A stretch of DNA of 61,906 nucleotides, filler included, from Catajapyx aquilonaris (Eukaryota), in assembly GCA_000934665.2 (NCBI GenBank). It is 2 parts of 2 records of this genome, joined end to end, with 100 filler letters (N's around TTAATTAATTAA, not from the genome) between each part and the next. Parts side by side here need not be neighbours in the genome. Positions count along the whole stretch, not along the records: positions 1 to 30,884 come from JYFJ02004612.1; positions 30,985 to 61,906 come from JYFJ02004613.1. The stretch is one strand, 5' to 3'. This document shows, one piece after another, positions 26,601 through 38,967 of the stretch. Below the pieces are notes generated by a model. It did no database searches, was not told where the DNA came from, and saw only the letters and a program-made list of their open reading frames with translations. Made by a program: the position numbers and the translations under genes. The number at the start of each line of letters is the position of its first letter. Positions within the stretch are counted from its first letter, which is position 1.

Positions 26601-29600
26601 ATCTCACTTTAGGATGCTCGCCCACATTTGTCGCACCAAACAATGCCCGTAATCGCTCGGGAATATTGGATCACTCACAATGCAGTCCTCATGTGACACC
26701 AGTTTAGACCGTCGATGAAACATCGTCGATTTCAATCCATTTTATAACGGAGTATAGAAACCAGCATATACCATAGCAACACGATACTATGCCGCTGGAA
26801 TAGCCTAAGTGTCTGAATATTTAGGAAAAATGGTGGCTAGAGACACAAGCCATTCCACGAAAACATTGCAAATCCGATTAATAAAGTCGCTATTAAATAG
26901 TAACCCAACTGCGAAATACTGCTTATGACTTTCTTGCCTGGTTGCCTGGCTCAAAATAAAACTATTGCATCAATCTTATTCAGCCAATGGAGCGTATCAA
27001 ACGCCCCCGTGTCTTAATCGCCTACCAAATCACTGTGACAGACTTGCTCGATTCAGACTTCCAATTCCCAAAAGCAATATCTCCCGAACACACGCCGCTC
27101 CCTGACCATAAATTTCAAGCAAACAGAACGCTTCAGCAAGATAAACTCTTTCTTTCTCAGTGAAAAGAGACATCCCTAAAAGTACCCCCCAATATCTCAA
27201 TGAGACCCAAAAATGCATGAATTCTTGGGAATGCGAAGATATACGCATCCTTTTTACCTAATCGTGACTTATAGCCCAAATCTTGGCGTAATGGTTGATA
27301 AGGCTTACAATGGTATACTGAAATATCGGACGTGCCGGAAAAATCAATTTTTAGTAATAGACGGGAGAAAACTCGATACGGGCATTATTTTCCCTCCAAG
27401 TTATAATTATGTACTATATCGCTCAAAATCGTCTCTTATGTTTTTGAGCGATATAGTAGTACCTCGGTGACTAACCATATCGCAAATATTCCGACTTATG
27501 AACATTCCCCGCCGTATCTCAGCATTGAAATGTGAACTGTTTCATTTTTTGTCCAATGCCAAGATAAGGACCTAAGTCCAAATCGGAACATGACATCCAG
27601 TGCCCCTTGGTCATAAATTCGTGCCTAGTTAGTAGTATCTCAACACCATTCAACAAGAGGTTGATAAAATATGAAATATGGAAAGGTTGACGAGGGTAGG
27701 GCAGTACAAAATATCGTCGAGGCTACTATACCCCACCATAGTCCATTCCTGTTGCCAGGAGATTGATTACTCTCCGAGTTGGTATGAGCTATGTGGCTTC
27801 TTTCATCAAAAAAAAACTCCCCCTTTCCGCATCATCAACCATCACCCATGTAGAATGTTGCCGGGTAGCAATATTTCAGATCCAAACTAACTTATATGAA
27901 AGGGTTTTAGGCAGGTTGCACTGCCATATTCTTAGGAAGTGCGTGATTCGTGTGGACAGGATGTTTTCCACCGACTCCCTGGGCCGATGTCAATTTCAGC
28001 CGACACTTTGACCTTGCCGCTCCCACGCCCGCCATGGGTGGCTTCTGCTGCACAACAAGTCTGATGATGTCTGACTGGAATGAATCGGCTGGCTGGACTC
28101 CTTCATACCAATTTTCCCAAACCAACCGCAATTTTGCAGTAACCTTGTCAATTAGCCGGGACTTATTCCCCTCAAACGACGCAGAGGGTGTCAAATTCGC
28201 AATCTAGGCCACCCACTTAGGGTCGGAGAGGAGCAACCAGTGTTCTTTCATCACCAAGCTCAGCAATTTAACGCGATTGTGACTTAACAAGGAAGTCGAG
28301 CTCTTCGTAAGCTTCCGGTAGCAATTACCAAATCGGGTTATCAATTCCTCGAGGTTGTTTTCCGGATAGTTGAACCATTATTTTACTAGCTCGTATCACG
28401 TCAACACATCGTGCAAGCCGATAAACACCTAACAAGATTTTTTTTAAAGCGTTCGCTGTTGGTTATGTCTTTTGCACTGCGGCTTCAACTGCCGTGCAAA
28501 TTTGTTCCCTTATTGTTATCCACGGATATACCTAGAAGCCATGCAAATTAGCAACAGGGCGCTTCCTATCGTCCTTTATTTTCCAAAAGCTTGCGTCGTG
28601 TTTCCAAGCAGCCATTCAAGCTAGCTCTAGACCTATTATAGTCACGCACGCTCCTCGACCTTATTCTTTCAGCACTGGCTCCCATCGAAAATAAGGACAC
28701 GAAGCAATAATATTATGACGTATGTGGTCAGGGTTATCGGACTGAGTGTATAAGACGCTGCCACCCACATTCCTCGCTCGTATTTTCGTGCCTATTGTAC
28801 ACAAGACACGTACGTATATTTTCGGCATTCCATGCTTTACATTCCTAATGCCATTACGTCCCCCACGTTAATGCTGTACAAAAAATAAGACAAAAGAAAA
28901 AATGTCCGTGTTGTGCAACTTATTTGAATTACGAACTTACAAGCGCGCTTTGAGTCACTATAGCAACAAACGTAAAGTTCGGAGCGACTATATTTTATAG
29001 GTTTCAGTTATTACGGCGCGTATAGTCTACTGCATGGCTTCTCTCATTAACGGGTAAATTAGTTGGCCCGACACTGAAAGGTGGGGGGGGGGGGGGGGGG
29101 GGGTNAGCGTTCCGAGGGGGGTGGTGGGAGGTTGGGAACAATCGGTTTCAGTTCGGGGAAATCGGTCTCAGCCAAGCGGCAATATGTACCCAACCTTGGC
29201 AACAATAGACCGCTTGAGGGGGAGGAGAGGCATGGGCACAAGTGACTGAAGGGCCCAAATGTGCCAGTCGAAACCACACGACTGCACAGTCTACTTATTT
29301 AATAGTCGCCTGTCATTTCATGCAAGTTACCTTACGTACTATCGCTCCCATTTACAGCTAGCTCCGACAAAGTCTACATCACACCTTTTTTGCCGATACA
29401 TGGACCGCCGAACATTCTATAACGCCGATTATCTCCTCATCAACGCAATCTGGTGGCAAAAAATGAGTTAGCAATCAGCCCTTCCCGCAAAACGTAATTA
29501 CCGGCTGCAGAGCGCCCCTGACGATATACAGTGCTATCTGTAGATTTGGTCGCATGTCAATTCCGACAACTTTTTATCTGTCAACGGTAGTAAATTGACT

Positions 29601-30884
29601 TGTGCTTCTTCCTGTGGGTATCAGCCTATGTTCAGGAAGCTAACAAGGAGCCATAGTGTGGTCACGCGTTTTCAGGCGAAACCGATCAATACGTACATTA
29701 CGGGGCAGGTGTACGTTACTACTTCTTACCTAGTCTGCCAGCACCAACCAGGCGCTAAACTCTCCCTTCTAAACATTTTTTACTCATGTTAGAACACACG
29801 ACGCGATGGCAGGTGAAATAGTCACCTTGAACCACAGTGAGACTGACTTGGGGTTACCGGCCGTGGAGGCTGGAGAACTACTATAGTGATGACTGATGCG
29901 TCCGAGTTGCTAGAGATGGATATGAATGGACTGCGCCGATATAAAAACTGTTATATAGCGGCGTTGGAAGGCTTATATCGGTGTACAGTCGGGAGAAAGA
30001 AGATACTTTAGTAGGATATACCAGGAGTAAATTCTGTATAAAACCGCTGATGAATCTATTCCAACACGAATATACTGTAGCTGGCGTCATTTATTTTCAG
30101 TAGACATCATTGGTTTTACAGTGATCTCCACATCTCCTTGGGGCTCCTTAACCTGGTCCGTCCCCATATTTTAGCTCGAGTCTGTGCAACAAGGAGTTAC
30201 AATGTCAGGGATATCCTACTTTTTCTTTCCCGCCACCGAAAATATATGCCTACGTACGAGTCCAATGGATGTCCAAGTTAGAAAAGACTCAAACAGTGGA
30301 TATTACGTTAATAAGCATGGAATTAACTGGAAAAGAAGCCTCTCCTTTCACAGTTAAATATTTATGAAGCACACTGTCACGGATTCTCCAATAACCATTT
30401 AACCAAGTTTGTAAAGATTTAACTCACCCTGTTGCAGATATAGCTTTTGCATATTTCTCTCATCCAGTGGAAAAATATGTTAAGCACATAATATGACCAA
30501 AGAGCTTATACTAGGAAGAGTGGAAAAAACGGTTTCCAAGCGTCGCCACTTTTTGGCCAGTTGTTTGGCCAACGTGTTTTGCTGATGGCTCACTACGCGG
30601 CGCCACTAGGCGGCACCGTCGAGTGCTGTCGAGATGAATTTCAATAAACTGTGTTGATTTAATATCAAGAGGCACATAATTAAGAGTTATAAATCTAAAA
30701 ACTGACCAATATGAGGTCGTATGCGGTTAAGGCACTAATTTTGGACTCGAAACTGATATTCGACGCAGCTTGCCACCCTGCACCTAGCAATCCAAATAAT
30801 CACCTCGTTGCTTAGAAATCACGTTCGAATTTTGAAATAGAACAAGTTCCAAGGCCGGCAGAGTGGGGCGTAGACGGTCGGGGG

Positions 30885-30984
30885 NNNNNNNNNNNNNNNN
30901 NNNNNNNNNNNNNNNNNNNNNNNNNNNNTTAATTAATTAANNNNNNNNNNNNNNNNNNNNNNNNNNNNNNNNNNNNNNNNNNNN
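30885..30984. other. Assembly gap: 44 N + TTAATTAATTAA linker + 44 N
   Basis: Symmetric N runs around a 12-mer with stops in all six frames; artificial. Confidence 0.95.
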
Positions 30985-31729
30985 AACCCTGCTTAACCCC
31001 AACACTAATGTTAAACCAGTCAGAGAAACCCCCACTAGTTCTAACACAAGCTCTACTCTCTTCATACAATGACTTTACAGCAGCCTCCAACAAGCGGCCC
31101 TTCACTCCATAGAGACTCAGAACTTCCCCCAAACCTTCCCTACTTACTGTGTCATATGCTTTCTCTAAGTCTACAAAGGCAACAAAAACCTTCTTGTTTA
31201 CAGCTAAATACTTTTCTATCACGAGTCTCATACAGAATATCTGATCTACACAACTCTTACCCGACATAAACCCACTCTGAATATTCAGTATTCTCTGACT
31301 TGTGACCCTCTTAACTCTTTCTATCAAAACCTTAGCATACACTTTCCCTGGTACACTTAACAAACTAATGCCACGATAATTCTTGCAGTCACACACATCT
31401 CCCTTACCCTTATACAGAGGTACTATAATAGCATCCCTCCAATCCCTAGGAGCTACACCATTATCAAAAGAAACCCTACATAAATTAGTCAAAAAAGTAA
31501 CTACATCACCCCCGCCACACCTCACAATTTCCGAAGAAATAGCATCAACCCCAGGGGATTTACCTACTTTAAGTCCTAAAGCAGCAGCTGCAACTTCCTT
31601 CTTAACAATATCCCCACAACCATCATTACTTGGTACAACATCCCCAATTAAACTTACAGATACATCAACACTGGCCTTACCACTTGCTGACAGCAAGTCC
31701 TTAAAATACTCTCCCCAGCGCCCTTTCAG
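30985..31729 (-). mobile_element. Non-LTR retrotransposon (RTE-clade LINE) ORF fragment: linker plus N-terminal part of reverse transcriptase; 5'-truncated, 3' end lost in the gap
   Basis: Motifs RWGEYFKDLL, GKSPGVD, PRDWRDAIIVPLYKGKGD, NYRGISLLSVPGKVYAKVL, QSGF, DQIF, FVDLEKAYDTV and VGVKQG, characteristic of RTE-type RT, in an uninterrupted frame. Confidence 0.92.
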
Positions 31730-33192
31730 TTGCTACAACCCTATAATTATCCAAACGGGGTCTTGCATATAGTTTTCAAGTAACAGTCCTGCATACTTCA
31801 CCTATATACATACACTGACATTAGCGCGTGACTCCTGTCCCAACCCAATGCACTCGAGAAGGCCTATATTTGTGTGAACCTATTTCTAATCTATAAACAA
31901 TAACAACATTGTAACCTTCCCTTATTAAAAGTTGCGACCTATATGTATTTTGAAAGAAATCAATTAGGATGTTGAATTAATACTGGTCACTTCATAAGGT
32001 TTCACTTATTTTGAAGCTACAAGTAATTTAAAAGCTTAGAGCTTCCTTGAAATATACCCTATCATATATCATTTTATCAGCTCAAATTCCTATATCTCTC
32101 CTGTTCCAGCTTGTTGATAGAAATATCAAGTGAGTCATTTTATGAGAAGCCATTATTAGTATACTTTTCATTCTCCAATAAAGGATGAGAATTATCTTTT
32201 GTGACTGGAATATCGCTTGCAGATGATGAAATCAAACGTGAATATCAATGCACCTGTTATTGAATCACGTTACCTGCAAGCTATACAGCACAAATATATA
32301 GTTACCGTATATTTTCAAAATCTAGACTCCGGGTCAAATAATGATTTTCTGTCAAAATCACGCTGTATAATATAGGGAGGGTCCAGGCCTTGCTTATACA
32401 ACAATAAAATAAAAAATAGAAACTTGAGCACAAGAACATTCTTACCACCCAATAATGAGTGACGTACCTGAGTGTTGAACTGGAATTGAACAGGATTAAA
32501 CACATCAAGCAATGAAATGTACACTTAAAATCGACCTGAAATCCATCCAGGTCACGCGCCTCTCTCTCAAACGTATTGGCATTACTCTTTGTTGCCAACT
32601 TGAACAATGTGCTTAATGTACGAAAAATGACTATCAGTTTCGAGCGTGGTTTCGAGTACGTATAAAGACTGTAAAAATGTTGGCTATAGTTACAGCCAAC
32701 GTCCGCCTGATTTTCTTTTCTGCCTCACAACAGTTATAGTATTAAGTCTGGCAAAGACGAATCCTAAGTGTATCGTAATTTTCAGCGGTACACTGCAGTA
32801 ATTATGCAATGTCCGCCACCTGATATGAACCTACTATTAAATCGCTGGGGTCTTTTTCCGTGGTTTCATCCTACGATATCGTCGGTAGAATAAGCTCAAG
32901 TGGTCCGCAAAAGATTCGGGTTTAAAAGGCCAACCTGGGCAGCAATGGTCGGGGTCATCGTACAGCACCTTTGAATCCACCCTCGCACCGCCGCCTTATA
33001 TCCGGATGACCTTTTCGAACCCTTTCTCACCTTCAACCTTCGAAGCATCGATAATCATGCAGCACGATGATGTGACCATGTGGCTTAATGGCACGTGAGG
33101 TGCATAGGCGCACGTGACACTGTACAAGCCGTCACATCATGACCACATGATTAGAATAATGTAGTCTTCCGTCCAGCGGTGGCAGTGCGGTA

Positions 33193-33303
33193 CAGGGTGC
33201 GCCTAATTAAGATCCGGTCAAAGCCATCCCAATGAGAAGCCAAAAACACTAGTTTTGAAAACCCATACAAGACGTCTTCCACGGTCCTTTTCGGCACACC
33301 CTG
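33193..33303. mobile_element. Small Tc1/mariner-like MITE remnant (111 bp)
   Basis: TA|CAGGGTGCGCCTAA...TTCGGCACACCCTG|TA: imperfect terminal inverted repeats starting CAGGGTG, with TA on both sides. Confidence 0.5.
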
Positions 33304-36016
33304 TACACTGGTGCGCATTCGATGATTTGATCGTCAGGGGTGGTGTTGACAGCCCAAGTCCTCTCTGATAAGACTCGGACGACGAAGCACTGACTCTACA
33401 TCTACAGGGGCCAACATGGCCCCGGGCCCCACAAAAGGCAACACTGACTCGACTGACACCGTCTGGAAGTGTCTGCAAATTGTCTGTCGTCCATCACCGT
33501 CGTCGTTCAGGAGAGGAATGGGAAAAGGAATGCAGCATCCAGTAAAAACTTGTTTCAAATGAGTTCAATGAATTTCACTGCAAAATATTCATTGATGAGG
33601 CTAACAGCGAGGCTTCGTTGATGGAAAATAGAAAATGTGGCAAAAGAGATTCAGCCCTGAGTTAAACACGACTGTTTGCCTACTCTCATGTTACCGCACA
33701 AGTCACGTGAAACCAGCAATGAAAGTGACTTATAGGAGTTTGAAACATTTCGGGAAACTTTTTTTTATAAATCCGGTGCTGTTATGCATTCTTGGCCTCC
33801 ATTGCACTCACTTGTCAGATAATTCGACACATACATGATAATTGCATCGTAACTAATACCGTATATTTCAGATGAAAACAATTCTCCCTTCAGGTATGAT
33901 CCTACTTTTTTTTATCGAGTGAAATTTTTTAGTTTGCACCTAAAATGTATTTACCTCACAAGCTGCTCGTATATTGCATGATGAGATTAATGACTCCGTC
34001 GTTGTAAATATCTCAGTGCTCCCGAAATTAATGCAACGGTCAGTTGCCAAATATGCTGGAATCGCAAGCACGCCTTGCAACCAGTGTAAACCAACGTGTA
34101 GTACTCCAGTATCAAGCACCCATTGTTCTGATAATGCCAATTGACAGATAATAATAGTAAATTCCATGCACAGTGTAATCCTGGGCCCAGGAGGAAATAT
34201 CAGCAGTATAGGTTTAGGGTATAATTGAGGGGTCACGGGTGCTGGGGATCAAGGGGGAAAAACAGGGAAAAACACACAACATATTACTAATCCTATATAA
34301 TAATGATGACATGCAGCAGCATTCTCCGCTTCTCAGCTACCGCCGACGGCTATTTCCCTATAAGCAATCAGACTTATTGCATTAGTGGTGGCGCCATACT
34401 ACTAATATCGGCATTATCAGAAGAAGTGTTCACTGGAGTTATTAGTATCAGCATACATGCAAAACGCATGATGCCAAGCATATATATATCCCAAGAATGA
34501 AATTCAAAAGTCTAAGGTATATATAGTGTTGTGGCTAAGTTGGTTAACACACGGTATAGCGTGGCAGAAATTAATTTTCCAGAAGCAGGCAACATATGAC
34601 GTGGGCTGCATAATTTCGATTTACAAGACATATTTACAAGCCTATACCGATAATTGTGTCCTCCGCATTTATCCTGGCCATCTTGCTCAATTATTTTAAA
34701 TGCTATATTTGCAAGCTTTTTTTTTTTCTTTGTCTCGTGATAAGAAAATTACCCTTGGTGTGTAATGATGCTCCGCTTTGGAAGAACTTGATTGTAAGCT
34801 GATAATTTGTCCATAAACATTTTTCACATTATGGTATGGTAACACAAATTTGCTAAAAGTCCTGATGTTTAAATCAGTGGAGATTGATTTCAAAGTATAA
34901 GAAAGTCAACAATGCTGCCGCCTGTAGACGCTTGAGCTTGTTGCTGTGTATCTTGTGCACTTTTGGAGCTTGCTTTTTCCCCGCCTCTGTTATCTATACA
35001 CCAATTATTGACTACCTCGTTCAATTTCATTTACGCGACTTTTCCAGTACAGGATCACAAAATAGCAACGCAATAGTAAAATCGACCCCCAAGCATTTAT
35101 TACAACCAAAAAGAACAAATGGGCCCAATGTAACCAGTGGGGGCTTCAATGGCGTCGAAATTTTTTTATTTTTTTAATCGCCTTGCGATGGACCCAAGGA
35201 TGGACCTAAGTAGTATTTGACCGCTAAATACTGTATATAACTCGACTCATTAGCAGAACACCAGCTGCTTTATTTGTTCCCCCCCTCCCCATTTAGTCAT
35301 GTTCAGACCTGATAAAAAATGCGGCATCAGTTTTCGAGGGCAGCTGCACTCACACGTTTCAACTTGACTTGATTTTTTAAATCCCATAATTTTACCATCA
35401 CAATTTTCCATGTGCGCAGACCTTATCCAGTGCAATGCAGCACAGTCAGATGACTCAATTAACCAGCCCCCCCCCCCNCCCCATCCGCGCATTTAATTTG
35501 AACCCCTTTCTCAAGTCTGTAAATTGGGTAAAGTTTAAGTGGGATAAAACCAGACGTTGCATAATAAAAACTTGCACATCTCGGTAGGTGTGTATGTCCC
35601 ATCTGAAATGGCAACAGATAAATCTTAGTTAGCTACCGGCCTGGGATGACCTGTTGACCCCGACATGGGGCACACGACAACACTCTGCTCACCCTGATCA
35701 ATCATCAATCACTGGCATAAAAATCGCGGTAATGCCAGGTAATGCACTGATCTACTGTACCGTGCGTTTCAAAATTTAGCTCATATCAATATACCAGGTT
35801 AAATGCCGCGGCTTGTTTGCGTCATTATTGGTGCAGCATGATTTTCTAATAACGCCAACTTTTAGTCGTTCTCGGAAGGACCTTCTCCATCTCCTCATTC
35901 ACTACTGTCAGGGAGGCAACAATTTTTGACAATGCGGATGTGAGCTTAGTGTATGAAAAACACACGGCATGTAATGTAGTCTAATGCGCCGTTGAGAAAA
36001 AAAAAGGCGTGTGTCA

Positions 36017-37475
36017 TATGAGTAAACCTCATCATGAGCGCACTTTGCTTAACCCAATGGGCTGCCCCGGGGCCAACCAGGAAACCCGGAGATGTACCAG
36101 TCTCGTCCCATGCCCTCCATCTTGTAATAATTCATCTTATGGAATGAAAATGGCGTCCTTCCTATTAGCAGCATCCTACCCTCCCCATTCGACTTCAATG
36201 GCGCCAACTTTTTTGTGTGTGATGCGAGACTAGCCTCGCGCAACCAGACCCCCATTTATTAGCACCTGCACTGGGAATAATTTCCAAGCTGGCCAAATCT
36301 CGCCGAGTCCGGCCCCGAGCTGTACGAGTATACCGATGTCCGCGAAACAATACTCCAGCCCCATTGAGGCAAAGCCCCGGCTGCGGGGGGGAAAAAAAGT
36401 TACCGGAGGTTACCTCTTGTGGCCCAGGGTGGTTGATAGATAGTCGTCGCCTGCCCAGCTGTCGACGACCACCGACCCAGAGGTAACTTATTGGCCCCGG
36501 GTCTGTAGAAGCGTCAAACAGCAGCGCGTATACGTCCTATCAGCCGGAGACCTCGTCGAAGAAAGGAGACAATTTGGGCGCCTTCCCCAGCTTTTATCTG
36601 CCGCTTCCTCGACGCCCATTGGCTCATCGGCATGACGAAACTAGCCCTCATCCAATCCCGTGGCCCCGACGTCATCATTTTGGCGCCAAGTGATGCCGGC
36701 CATCTTGGATCCCTCACAGCCCATTGAAGCGGAACAAACCTAAACATGTTTCAGCTACCGTACATATAGTACCACATGATCGTATGTGAAAGTGTCCTGG
36801 CGTACGTTAATTAGTGGCGCAGTGTATCGCCGTTTGGCAAATAATGAGCGCGTGCCCTATGAGTAAACCTAAGCGTGGCCGCCCCTGTGCTCAACTACGG
36901 TCCTAGCCTCCTCCCCATTCGATACGATACTTCAATGTGGCGCCAACTTTTCATTGTGATTCGGGACTATATTAGCCTCGCACACCAGCCCCCATCCCAT
37001 TATTATTAGCACCTGCCCACCTCTCCGAGCACCTCTCCGAGTTCGGCCCCGAGCTCTACTACTATGTCAGCGACATATACAACCGGAGTTGGGGCAAACC
37101 TCGGCTGCGAAAAAAAAAAAAGAGGGGGTGACCTACTTACGTACTTTGATTGTCCCAGGGTTCATCCCCAGCTAGGTTCATCCCGATGTCAAGGGAGGTT
37201 GACAGTCGTCTGCCCCGCTTACGGCCATCGACCCCCCCGAGTTCACTGGCCCCTAGTAGACCCCCCCCCGGGGAGGGGGTGGCTGACCTCAGCGCAGCCC
37301 AGCGCGTCTGATCCGTTCGAGGCCGTCGACGAGAAGAAGGAAGGGATGAATTTGGGCGCCAGCTTTCCCTCCCTTCCTCGACAGCTGATTGGCCAGAATG
37401 ACGTCACGGCACTCTGCCACTACCTCTCATCCAATCCCGTAGCAGTGACGTCAGGCGCCAAGATGTCGGCCATCT
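36017..37475. repeat. Diverged tandem duplication, copy 1 ~36017-36705 and copy 2 ~36858-37475
   Basis: Collinear shared blocks: tatgagtaaacct (36017/36858), ctccccattcga (36181/36911), tattagcacctgc (36257/37004), cggccccgagct (36310/37044), aatttgggcgcc (36571/37349), ctcatccaatcccgt (36647/37426), and ggccatct at both ends. Confidence 0.85.
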
Positions 37476-38788
37476 ACTAGCCTCACTCGCGCCTCTCGCG
37501 GCAATAATAAAAGGTTCAGTATATCGTATACTGCATGATACAGTATATGCCGCCGTACAGTGTATCGCTGGTAGTACGTACCGCTAATAAATGTGCACAC
37601 CCTGAGAATAAGCCCTCGCTGAGCTGCAGTGCATGCACCATGCAGTACCCTCATCTCAAATTAATATGCACGCTTGCCATGTAGACTGTCGTTGCAACAC
37701 TGCGCACGAGCCATGTTTTGATGGTGACAGTTTGGGCACCATATCATCATTTTAAGGGGAGCAGAGGCAACTCAGGCCTCAAGGAATGGGGAGAGAGGAA
37801 TGCCGTACTAATTCACAGCCAGGACATGTGCTTGCGGGAGAATGTACTATGCTTCAAGCATCAACTGGACTTCTGGGACACCCTGCTGTCCCGGTGTCCC
37901 CTCACCTTTAGTGGGGTCACAGTTGCGAGTGAGGGTAGATGGGGATGAGGTTACGCTCAATAAGTCACAATAAAGGCTAAAGGCTAAAGGCAGAGTCAAG
38001 GGAGGCCTACTAATTTCCTCTCTCTTTACAAGGTTGCAATATATTGCGATGCATGTGTTGTGCCTTTCCCCGTCAAATAATGCTGTTGACTTCCTGTGCT
38101 TTTTCAAAAATAAATGGGGCTATTGCTGAAATAGACTATCCATGCCGGAGATCCCTGGCCACTTGGCCCAGCCTTCAGTGCTGCTGTTAGCCTGATACAA
38201 GTATACTACTAGAGCCCGTCAACGTTGTAGGCAAACTGAAGGCGCCCAAGTACATGCATTCATGTTATCAGGAAGCTATAAATGGTCTTGTGCAAATTAT
38301 TAACTCATACCGTCTGTTATGAAGCTCTGCCTTGATGTATTCTTTGTTGGCAGCTTGATCATGTCCAGAGCAGCATGCATATTATTACTGAACACCAATT
38401 TACACACCACTGAGGTATGTGGACGCACACCGAAACCTGGTCTACGATGTGTGCTTGAGCAGTTGGTAGTGTCGTACTGTTTGTGCCAGCAGTATTAATT
38501 CTCGTGTCGGTGTTCAGTTTCGATGAGGTCTATCAATCCATAATAAGCCGCGTTTACATGTGAGCAATTTGATTGGCGATGTTGCAGTGGTGTCATTGCA
38601 GAGCAGAAGTAACAATAATTGCGGTAACAATATACATTTTCGCCCCAAGCAATTGGTCTTTTCGCTCAGTGACGACATCGCTTCAACATTGTCCTTCAAA
38701 TCGCACACATGTAAACGCAGCTTTACCATGTGCAAATTGACAAAACATAGAGAGGTTAACTAGTAGAAATGTCCAGATTCCTTGCACC

Positions 38789-38794
38789 TTTATT
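38789..38794 (-). terminator. Probable polyadenylation signal (AATAAA) of the SEC14-like gene
   Basis: tttatt on the plus strand, ~175 nt after the TAG stop. Confidence 0.5.
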
Positions 38795-38967
38795 CATTCA
38801 GTTGTATACACATGACTTATTGGTACTTTTACTCAAAGACCCATGATAATGGCCGATGAGATATCACGGATGAGTGATGAATCGAAGCATTACGACAATA
38901 CGTATTGAACTGGTAGTCTTAAAATATGCAGTCTTGGTTATAGTGGGCTTCGAGGAGCAGGCTTCCG

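Noticed and set aside
30929..30940. TTAATTAATTAA palindrome and the apparent stop of the RT ORF
   Set aside because: Artificial gap linker between N runs
34526..34560. Pol III A-box-like TGGCTAAGTTGG (a similar tRNA-like head occurs near 30715)
   Set aside because: No B-box or cloverleaf found; cannot support a tRNA or SINE call
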